From NCBI GenBank assembly GCA_003252295.1, contig QKEV01000013.1, positions 25,920 to 89,919 of the forward strand: DNA of 64,000 bases, given 5' to 3'. Below, piece after piece: positions 56,308 through 64,000 of this stretch (its first letter is position 1; the number at the start of each line of letters is the position of its first letter). Source of the DNA: a bacterium. GTDB lineage: Bacteria; Patescibacteriota; Minisyncoccia; Phycocordibacterales; UBA12088. The position numbers and the translations under genes were made by a program. The notes beneath the pieces are model-generated. The model did no database searches, was not told where the DNA came from, and saw only the letters and a program-made list of their open reading frames with translations.

Positions 56308-58596
56308 CTAATTTGAATTTCCTTCAACAATCTTCTTAACTTTCTCAAACACACTTCTCTCATATTCATCAAAACTATCACTGATTTCTTTAGCAAAATC
56401 CGAATTCGGGTTTTCATAGAACTCAAGGATTTTATGGGGCACCCCATAGTCTCCAACAAGACGACCCTCTTCCGTCAACGCATTATATTCCAGTCTTAAC
56501 AACAAGATATCTATACCCGACACTTCATCAAATGTTTTGTTGGTTTCTGTTGTGCGAATAAACTTGTACATCAAATTAAATACTCCGAGATATTTAACTG
56601 CTTGGTACTTCAAAGTGTTGTAGATAAAATCAGCTGTTTGTCTTATTGCCTCATCAACTTTACCACCTTTATCAATCTTAAATCGCATTGACCCAGCAAA
56701 TCCATCTCGCATGTAATAATGAAGCAAGAAAACAAATAGCGAATATTCCCTATCACCAATTCTTTGGTCTATTAAATATGACAATTTTTCATTATTTACA
56801 ATTGGTCGCACTACATTAAGCAGTATTTGTAGACCCTCAAAATCTACTCCTGAAGAAGTGTTTATATGGGCAATAAGTTTTCTTATCTGTGCTCTTTCGT
56901 CTTGAGTCAACTCCTTTATCCTGTCGTAAACTTTTATCTTGTCTTCTCGGCTAACAACCTTAAATCTGTCCATGATTTCTTCAGGGATTTCTCTTTCAAG
57001 CTGTTCTTGTACAATATTCTTCTTTCTCCCTAAATCTTCAATACTAAGATATTGCTCTTTTGAATAAAACAAATCGATTTCATCCTTGACCGAGTTAACG
57101 TCATAGTTTTTGTGTTTAATTTCCAAAGGACTGGAATCAACAGCATCCATAAATTTATTTTGTAAGACAATAACCCTACCACTATAGTGATGTTGGAACC
57201 TACCAGCTCTGCCAGCGATATTTTTTGCATCAAATCTTTTAAGATCTTTATCCCCTTTTTTTGATTGCACTACAATTAAATTTTTAGCTGATGTGTTTAC
57301 TCCTTCAGTGATGGTTGTGGTCGATATCAATATAGATAGTTTCCCTTCATTGAAAAGTGAAACTATCTCCTTCTGGATATATTTTGGAACAAGTCCATGA
57401 TGAATACCAACACCATTCTTCAATGCGTTGATTAGAACCCAGTCCTTATGAAAATTTTCTTCAAGATGCTTTATGAAAAATTCATAACCAGAAAAATCCC
57501 ATCTGTTATTATTTTCCGATTTGATAATATACTTTGCATATCGCTCTACATCACCTCTTCTTGGGCAATATAAAATTGTATTTTCATTTCTTTTCTCCAA
57601 GTCAGACAATATTTTCATCAATCTTTGAATCTTTCTGTTATTTTCAAAATTTACTATGAAACCTTCATCAACAATCAGTTGTTTTCTATTTGTCACCTCG
57701 ACATATTTTTTGCCTACAGTTTCAATATTATTGAAATTTAATACTTTAACATGATTTTCTTTTAGAAAGAGGTTGAATGAGTTCGTGTCTGATTTGGAAA
57801 ATTCAATATAAGGACCTGCCATTAAAATATCGGTATCCCCTTTAAGTGAGTAGTGTGTTGCAATTCTATATGCGACATCACGCTCGTTTTCTTTTGTCTG
57901 GTCATCTACAATATATTCATTATCTATTTTGTACACCTCATCAATAAACACAAAATCAAATGTAATGTTTTTCGTATTTCTTTCGAGAAAAGAAAGGAAT
58001 CTCTCTGGTGTATATATAAAAATATTTTTATCTCCAATATCATCCACTTCACTCAATGTGTGAATTGTGTATTCGGTTTCTAAATCAGAATACTCACTGT
58101 TTGTATTGATACGTTCAAGATTTTCTGACAACAAAGCAATCGTAGGGAAAATCAAAACTACATTTTTATACTTCATTTTCCTAATCACTTCGTAGGCAAC
58201 AAAAGTCTTTCCAAAGGAAGTGCTGGCTGACAGAAAAAACCTATTAAGCTCCCCTCGTTTAAACGTGTCAACAACAGTCTTTTGATATTTGTGTAATTTT
58301 AGTGATTCTGATCTATGAAGGACGCTCTCGTAGAATATCGCTGAAAAAGTATTCAAATTGAATACCTCAAAGTCTTCGATTTTGTTGAATTTTGATAGCA
58401 AGTCGAAATAATGAGGTATGCCAACAACGTTTGATATGAATTTCAAGAACTGAAAATCAGCTTGTGACAAAGGCTGATTTTTAATATCATCAAAATAAGA
58501 ATTGACCACGGTTATAAGCTCGTGGTCACGAATCTCATCATTTCTATATTTATTTATAGACGTTATGACATCAGCTCCTTTTTTGATTCTATCCAT
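56308..58596 (-). CDS. hamB: Hachiman HamB Ski2-like SF2 helicase
   Basis: SASTSFGKT, PTIAL, TPER, IDEVYK, GIHHG, STTTITEGVN, NIAGRAGR; overlaps hamA. Confidence 0.85.
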   Translation of the reverse strand: MDRIKKGADVITSINKYRNDEIRDHELITVVNSYFDDIKNQPLSQADFQFLKFISNVVGIPHYFDLLSKFNKIEDFEVFNLNTFSAIFYESVLHRSESLKLHKYQKTVVDTFKRGELNRFFLSASTSFGKTFVAYEVIRKMKYKNVVLIFPTIALLSENLERINTNSEYSDLETEYTIHTLSEVDDIGDKNIFIYTPERFLSFLERNTKNITFDFVFIDEVYKIDNEYIVDDQTKENERDVAYRIATHYSLKGDTDILMAGPYIEFSKSDTNSFNLFLKENHVKVLNFNNIETVGKKYVEVTNRKQLIVDEGFIVNFENNRKIQRLMKILSDLEKRNENTILYCPRRGDVERYAKYIIKSENNNRWDFSGYEFFIKHLEENFHKDWVLINALKNGVGIHHGLVPKYIQKEIVSLFNEGKLSILISTTTITEGVNTSAKNLIVVQSKKGDKDLKRFDAKNIAGRAGRFQHHYSGRVIVLQNKFMDAVDSSPLEIKHKNYDVNSVKDEIDLFYSKEQYLSIEDLGRKKNIVQEQLEREIPEEIMDRFKVVSREDKIKVYDRIKELTQDERAQIRKLIAHINTSSGVDFEGLQILLNVVRPIVNNEKLSYLIDQRIGDREYSLFVFLLHYYMRDGFAGSMRFKIDKGGKVDEAIRQTADFIYNTLKYQAVKYLGVFNLMYKFIRTTETNKTFDEVSGIDILLLRLEYNALTEEGRLVGDYGVPHKILEFYENPNSDFAKEISDSFDEYERSVFEKVKKIVEGNSN

Positions 58597-59504
58597 GATA
58601 TTACATCGCGTTTAATCCCACCCACATCATCTACTGGTAACAAAATGAAAAAAAGGGAGAAATCTATTGATAAATCAGACTTAAGTGTGTCATGCACTTG
58701 ATCAACGTACTCGGGTATCTTTTTGATACTAGCATCGTAGTCTTTCTCACCTTCATAGAGGAGAAATATTGGGTAAACAAATTTTACGTTGTATTTCTCC
58801 AGCTCTTCGGCTAAAACGATTTGAGGGTTGGACCGCCATGCATCAATGAGCTTCCCAACTACACTGTTCTTCGTGTCGATGTTAAGATTGTTTTTATTGT
58901 TATCAATAATTGCTAACAGGTTTTTACTTAGGTACTTTTTTGAAAGTACTTTTTCTAACTTCCAGCCAGATTGAAGTCCTTTAGAAGCATCTTCTGCACC
59001 AAGAACACTGTTGATTGCCGCTTTGTAATTTTTATAAAACTTTGCCTCTCCGAACCACAGTTCAACAGTGTCATTGTGTTCGACTAAATGATAGGCGTCA
59101 TATCCCTTTGGTTCGGAGTTCTCTAATGGAGAATAAAAATAGCCCCTAGCAATTATTGGTTTGGTACCGTATATCACTTGCAGAATTGAAAAAAGAAGTA
59201 TTTCGCCATAAAAACCATATTTACTTTTCTCTAAATCTTCGGCATTACTGTCGTACTTAATTTTTGTTTCCAGAGCTCGAGCGTGTAGATTTGCATAGTC
59301 GTCTGGGTCAATATCATATTCATTAAAAGAAAAATCTATTAGGGCATTATAAATTATTTCCTTCAAAGACTCCGTATCATAAGCAGAGTAACAATGATCG
59401 TGGTCGGTGCTAATCTTTGCGGCTGAAATAGACTTGCTTGAGTGTGGCAAATGATATTCCAAAACTACTGTCTTCTCTATTAAATCTTGTAGTGATTGCC
59501 TCAT
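58563..59504 (-). CDS. hamA: Hachiman HamA (DUF1837) nuclease
   Basis: GFYGEILL, KGYDAYH, LWFGEAKFY, FILLP; coupled to the helicase. Confidence 0.85.
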   Translation of the reverse strand: MRQSLQDLIEKTVVLEYHLPHSSKSISAAKISTDHDHCYSAYDTESLKEIIYNALIDFSFNEYDIDPDDYANLHARALETKIKYDSNAEDLEKSKYGFYGEILLFSILQVIYGTKPIIARGYFYSPLENSEPKGYDAYHLVEHNDTVELWFGEAKFYKNYKAAINSVLGAEDASKGLQSGWKLEKVLSKKYLSKNLLAIIDNNKNNLNIDTKNSVVGKLIDAWRSNPQIVLAEELEKYNVKFVYPIFLLYEGEKDYDASIKKIPEYVDQVHDTLKSDLSIDFSLFFILLPVDDVGGIKRDVISWIESKKELMS

Positions 59505-59534
59505 GGTTAAAATTGATAATACCCAAACATATTT

Positions 59535-60050
59535 TTACCAATTCTGCCACTCTACAGGAGTTCCGAATCGATTTATACTCAATAACTTCTTACTACGCTT
59601 TTTATCAAAAGCAATCAGGATGAAACTTTTGTTGTCATCATACTCTCCGCCTGTTTCTTGGGAAATTCTTGATAGTTTTTCAAGGTCTCCAGCAATAATT
59701 CTATCGTACTTAGTGTTGCTTTCTTTGTTATTTAATCTGCGTAATTTGATTTCGATGATACAGTAGTATTTATTGAATGAATACCCTTTCGAAGGCAACC
59801 TAACAGGATTGACATTAAGATTTCTGTGATCAAGTACAACCAAATCTGAACGGTATTTCAAGTCATTGTTCCTTCCGTACCATCTTACCTCAGCATGCAC
59901 ATTCACATTTCTGTTTCCGTTTAGTGCGGACTCAAGTTTTGTATATAGCCTACAACGAATATCATCTTCAGTGAGAAAATCATCCATGCGCCACTTACTG
60001 GAATAAAACTCTGTGACTGCTTTTAATATTGTTTTTTGAATTTTACTCAT
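59535..60050 (-). CDS. Putative PD-(D/E)XK nuclease
   Basis: TEDDIRCRLY, HAEV, SDLVV, IIEIK, D.EKL. Confidence 0.6.
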   Translation of the reverse strand: MSKIQKTILKAVTEFYSSKWRMDDFLTEDDIRCRLYTKLESALNGNRNVNVHAEVRWYGRNNDLKYRSDLVVLDHRNLNVNPVRLPSKGYSFNKYYCIIEIKLRRLNNKESNTKYDRIIAGDLEKLSRISQETGGEYDDNKSFILIAFDKKRSKKLLSINRFGTPVEWQNW

Positions 60051-60074
60051 GATGTGACGCGACTCTTTATGCTC

Positions 60075-61463
60075 TTATGATTTACAAACTTCCTTAAGAT
60101 AACCAATGTTTAGCCAAAAACACTTCTTTGTAACTTGTTCACCTTGAGGTGTTCCGTATGTATCCTCAGCATTTTTGGCATGAGGTCTTACGTGAGACAC
60201 ATTTGATTCATTTGATGTTGGTAGCCTATCTGAGTGACCTGCGTTAATTCTTTTGATAGTCATCTCCCAAACACGCCGAGCTTCAACAAGGTCACTAGTT
60301 GGCATTGTCCAAAAAAACACCCTCTCTAACAGTCGGTCTTCTTCTTTGGCACATACATTTGTACACTTATACACGACAAAAAGGAAACGTGACTCAAGTT
60401 GCTTCTGGAACTCAGCACGCACCTCATCCTCTTCCTCGTCACCATCCCACACCTCATTGATGATCTCGGTGTATTTGAATGTCGGGAATGACATAGCTTC
60501 TTTTGGTGTACCGTCAGCCTTAAGCTGAATGGTCTTCATTGTTACTCCTGCAGCCTCAAACTCCTCTATACGTTTCTTCTTCACTCCCATCATGGCTCTC
60601 GCCAATACCGCATACTTATCTTTCTGCTTTTCCTTGAGTTCAACACCAAGTTCCTTGGCTATCGTACTCACTGATTTCCCAAGATACGGAGTGAATCTGT
60701 CTATGACCTGTTGTTCGAACGACCTGTCTTCAGAGAGTTCTCTTTCCGTAAGCAACTGTTCGATATCATCATCATCACCTAACTCCCTCTTGAGAAGTCG
60801 TGTCATGTAACTCGACTTATAGGAGAATGCGCGTGGCTTTGCTTTTGGTCCATTCACCTGAGGTCGTCGGTTTGCTGACGTTGCTGATTTCGTACAAGCA
60901 CCAAGATACATCGTGTCTCCCTCTGACAGCTCATGTGCAAGGTTGGCTTTGATCTTCGTGTTTATCTTCTCCCAATCCTCTCGAATGATCTTCTGGTCCT
61001 CTTTTGGCAGTTTGTCGAATTCATAGAGCTTTGCCAAAAGGAATCGAACATCACCGATCGTCTTACCTTCCTCATGAAGGTAAGAGAGTAACATCAGTTT
61101 CTCATTCTTCTTGAAATACGAACTGGTCTTGAACTCTCGCTTCGTCTCTTCAAGATAATCGATCATTCCAAGTACCAGTCGCTCCTTAGCAGCATAACTA
61201 CCATTCTTGTTCTTCTTTACAGGGGTCGTCTTGAGTTCGACACCTGCTTCCTTGAAATCGGGGGAGCCGTCACCTTCTGGATGTATGTCGTAATAATATC
61301 TTTCTACCACGTTCCCGAGAGAGCCACGTGTTCGTCCCGAGATAGGTAACCCTTTCTCGCTTTGAGGTACTTCTTGTACACCCTGAACCATAGTTAGACT
61401 ACCGCCCACAAGACGCTTCCCGTACTCCTCTATACTTTTTGGATCTGTTTGATCGTACTGCAT
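60075..61463 (-). CDS. Sau3AI/MutH-family type II restriction endonuclease
   Basis: GSLGNVVERYY, PDFKEAGVELKTTP, AKERLVL, LSEGDTMYLGACTK, HVRPH, KKCFWLN; two MutH-like halves. Confidence 0.9.
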   Translation of the reverse strand: MQYDQTDPKSIEEYGKRLVGGSLTMVQGVQEVPQSEKGLPISGRTRGSLGNVVERYYYDIHPEGDGSPDFKEAGVELKTTPVKKNKNGSYAAKERLVLGMIDYLEETKREFKTSSYFKKNEKLMLLSYLHEEGKTIGDVRFLLAKLYEFDKLPKEDQKIIREDWEKINTKIKANLAHELSEGDTMYLGACTKSATSANRRPQVNGPKAKPRAFSYKSSYMTRLLKRELGDDDDIEQLLTERELSEDRSFEQQVIDRFTPYLGKSVSTIAKELGVELKEKQKDKYAVLARAMMGVKKKRIEEFEAAGVTMKTIQLKADGTPKEAMSFPTFKYTEIINEVWDGDEEEDEVRAEFQKQLESRFLFVVYKCTNVCAKEEDRLLERVFFWTMPTSDLVEARRVWEMTIKRINAGHSDRLPTSNESNVSHVRPHAKNAEDTYGTPQGEQVTKKCFWLNIGYLKEVCKS

Positions 61464-61554
61464 ATTTGATCTTTGACCACATCTGTGTTCGAATAGGTCA
61501 CGAACTTGATCTCACCAATTTCCGATGATATGATAGTAGCACTCGAAGAAAGGT

Positions 61555-62874
61555 ATGGCTAGAAAAAACAGTAATTTAAGGGTCATTGAATTGTTTGCGG
61601 GAGTGGGTGGTTTTAGGGTCGGTTTTGAGAATGCTGCAAAGAACAGGTTCAATACCGTATGGTTCAATCAATGGGAACCTGGGAAGAAACAACAGCATGC
61701 ACACGATGTGTATACAAGACACTGGGGCTCGAAAGGTCTCAAGCATACGGAAACCGATATAGAAAAGGTTGTGAGAGACCACATCGACGTTGTACCTGAC
61801 CACGATCTCTTGGTCGGAGGTTTCCCATGTCAGGATTACTCTGTTGCGAAACCATTACGACAATCTGCAGGAATAATCGGTAAAAAGGGGGTCCTTTGGT
61901 GGTCCATAGTCTCATTGGTACAACAACTCCAAGAAGACAAAAAACGTACTGCGCCTAAACTGTTACTCCTTGAGAATGTCGACCGACTCTTGAAATCCCC
62001 TGGAACTCAACGTGGACGTGACTTCGCTATCATGCTTCGTTCACTAGAGACACTTGGGTACGATGTCGAATGGCGGGTCATCAACGCCGCTGATTATGGT
62101 TTTCCCCAGAGACGTAGGAGGATCTTCATCCTTGCCTACAAGAACGATACAGGCATAGCAAAAGAAATGCGTAAACAAGGACACGAGAAATGGTTCCGAG
62201 CAGGGACACTGGGAAAGGCATTCCCTATCGAACATCCAGACCTGTCTCATTTCCAAGAGATACTTCTTGAAGAAGATGAGAAGCAGATATCTGACAATTT
62301 TGGTCGAGGTCTTAAGATCTCCCCTTTCCATAACGCTGGAGTGATGATCAAAGGTAGGGTGTATACAGGCAAGGTCACCCACAAGGCACCGAGGTCTTTC
62401 GTCACTCTAGGTGACCTACTTCTCACAGACGAAGAGGTCATTGAACGATTCGGTGAGAAGTACTTCATTGATGACAAGGGTGTCATTGCCAAATGGGAGG
62501 TACAAAAAGGACCAAAGAAGATCGAGCGTATCAACAAACAAACAGGTATACCGTACACGTTCTCAGAGGGCGGCATGGCTTTCCCTGACCCACTTGAAAG
62601 ACCATCAAGGACCATCGTGACAGGTGAAGGTGGTAGTGGTCCTTCACGTTTCAAACATGTGGTAAGGTCACCACAAAGTGGACGCTTCCGAAGACTCACC
62701 CCTGTTGAACTTGAGCGACTCAGCATGTTCCCTGATGATCACACAGCCCTAGGTCTTAACGGAGAGATGTCTGACAATACGCGTGCATTCTTCATCGGTA
62801 ACGCACTTGTCACAGGTGTCGTCACAAAGATAGGAAGGCAGTTGATAAAACATGTCGATGAATACGGAGTCTAG
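61555..62874 (+). CDS. dcm: DNA (cytosine-5) methyltransferase, M.Sau3AI-like
   Basis: ELFAGVGG, NQWEP, GGFPCQDYS, LENVDRLL, PQRRRR, RLTPVELERL, IGNA. Confidence 0.95.
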   Translation: MARKNSNLRVIELFAGVGGFRVGFENAAKNRFNTVWFNQWEPGKKQQHAHDVYTRHWGSKGLKHTETDIEKVVRDHIDVVPDHDLLVGGFPCQDYSVAKPLRQSAGIIGKKGVLWWSIVSLVQQLQEDKKRTAPKLLLLENVDRLLKSPGTQRGRDFAIMLRSLETLGYDVEWRVINAADYGFPQRRRRIFILAYKNDTGIAKEMRKQGHEKWFRAGTLGKAFPIEHPDLSHFQEILLEEDEKQISDNFGRGLKISPFHNAGVMIKGRVYTGKVTHKAPRSFVTLGDLLLTDEEVIERFGEKYFIDDKGVIAKWEVQKGPKKIERINKQTGIPYTFSEGGMAFPDPLERPSRTIVTGEGGSGPSRFKHVVRSPQSGRFRRLTPVELERLSMFPDDHTALGLNGEMSDNTRAFFIGNALVTGVVTKIGRQLIKHVDEYGV

Positions 62875-63307
62875 GGAATACGTACGTGACAAACGTTCTC
62901 CAAAACCAAAAAGTAAGGGTGTCTCGCGAGTAATGCGTGCAAACAAGGCGAAGGATACAGGACCAGAGATACTTCTCAGAAAAGAACTATGGAAGCAGGG
63001 GGTTCGAGGGTACCGCCTCCATAAACGCATTGGAAACACCAGACCTGATATCATCTTCCCAAAACAAAAAGTGGCCGTCTTCGTCAACGGTTGCTTTTGG
63101 CATCAGTGTCCATACTGCAAACTCCCATCGCCAAAGAACAATACGGATTTCTGGTCAGAGAAATTCACAAAGAACAAGGCGCGTGACCAAAAGAAGAGAA
63201 CGGAACTCAAGAAACTTGGCTGGAAAGTGGTCACGATATGGGAATGTAGATTGAAAAAGAGCATGATCAGACAAGCTGACAAGATACGCCTCAATCTATC
63301 AATATGA
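62852..63307 (+). CDS. vsr: Very short patch repair endonuclease
   Basis: SRVM..NK.KDT.PE..LRK.L, RPDI, FVNGCFWH, N.ARD, GW.V.TIWEC. Confidence 0.93.
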   Translation: MSMNTESREYVRDKRSPKPKSKGVSRVMRANKAKDTGPEILLRKELWKQGVRGYRLHKRIGNTRPDIIFPKQKVAVFVNGCFWHQCPYCKLPSPKNNTDFWSEKFTKNKARDQKKRTELKKLGWKVVTIWECRLKKSMIRQADKIRLNLSI

Positions 63308-64000
63308 CATTCTTTTCCTTCAACGATATTTGAGATCTAAAACATCCAAGTATCTCCCTTTTCTCTTCCAGAGTTCCCTCTTTGAGAAGGAACTTCACAT
63401 AGTTCTTGGTATCTATGTCTGACACCTTTGTGTTTGTTCTCTTCCCCAACAAGCTACTCTGGAAACGCTTCTGTCTTGTCACCTCTTCTTTAATCTTCCT
63501 GATGATACCTGTCTCATTGAGTTCAACTGTATCTACCAGTCCCTGAAGTTGTTTTATAAGCACATCTTCGTTTATGTACCCACACTTGCAGTACTTATCA
63601 CGTGCTTTCGTACAGCCATAGTAGACATACGTGTTCACTGCCCCGTTCTTCAACTTCTTGTACTTCTCGTCTGCCGATATACCACTTCCACATAACCCGC
63701 ACTTCATGAGTCGTGTGAATGCGAATTCTTTCTCTTGCCGAGTCTTCAGTGTATTCCCTTTCAATTGTTCCTGTACGAGGTCAAAAAGTTCTTTGGTGAT
63801 TAGAGGTTCATGTTTTCCCTTGTACCATTTTCCACTCTTCCTTGGATACTCAAACACTCCGTAGTAGAAATGGTTCTCAAGTAAGTAGTAGATTTAAATG
63901 TTTCTTACTAGGAAGCGCACGAAAGTTGAGATCAAACTTGAGCCAATGGTAGAGCTTCTTTCCACTCCATTTCTCATAGGCGACCTTCTCAAACATCTTC
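63291..64000 (-). pseudogene. Large serine recombinase C-terminal part (recombinase + Zn-ribbon), frameshifted near 63894
   Basis: HFYYGVFEYP..GKHEPLITKELFDLVQ, CGLCG, YYGC; the upstream frame (KMFEKVAYEKWSG...KKHL) is out of phase with IYYLLENHFYYG. Confidence 0.8.

Larger units (their letters stand above)
55693..64000. mobile_element. Defence island adjacent to tRNA-Ser (extends beyond the window)
   Basis: Visibly AT-richer sequence right after the tRNA; defence cargo; large serine recombinase at the far side. Confidence 0.75.

Noticed and set aside
1-64000. CRISPR array, rRNA, IS transposase, retron/RT
   Set aside because: No regularly spaced repeats, rRNA-like segments, transposase or reverse-transcriptase motifs were seen.

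Overview
This is a gene-dense bacterial chromosome segment (standard genetic code). Its content points to a Patescibacteria/CPR genome, probably Parcubacteria: rplK without rplA, pilMNO, CPR-type secreted proteins and mostly weak SD motifs. This assignment is inference. From left to right: (1) 5' part of a type-2 ileS carrying an inserted histidine-phosphatase domain and an HAGS signature motif, then argS and envelope genes; (2) a seven-gene thymidylate/folate cluster (glyA, dut, atypical thyA, HIT, deaminase fusion, nucleotidyltransferase, folA); (3) a ~21 kb surface/matrix locus with three secreted Asn/Gly/Thr-repeat proteins, a glycoside hydrolase, a flippase, two ATP-grasp-like paralogs, glycosyltransferases, a DUF2206-like membrane protein and a deacetylase; (4) rplK-nusG-secE, a CcdA/TlpA/DsbA module, five tRNAs, rplS, isoprenoid genes, a MerR cassette and pilMNO; (5) a defence island next to tRNA-Ser (Hachiman, an extra nuclease, Sau3AI-like R-M, Vsr, a frameshifted serine recombinase). 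The most unusual signal is non-coding: tRNA-His, -Leu, -Val and -Arg are each followed by the same architecture (hairpin, inverted copy of that tRNA's own T-arm, 65-105 nt structured spacer, direct copy of its 3' end), which resembles a folded-ssDNA attachment site. Other strong candidates are the variant thymidylate pathway and a possible amyloid/beta-solenoid fibre plus polysaccharide locus. All calls come from reading motifs by eye; no searches or folding programs were run.
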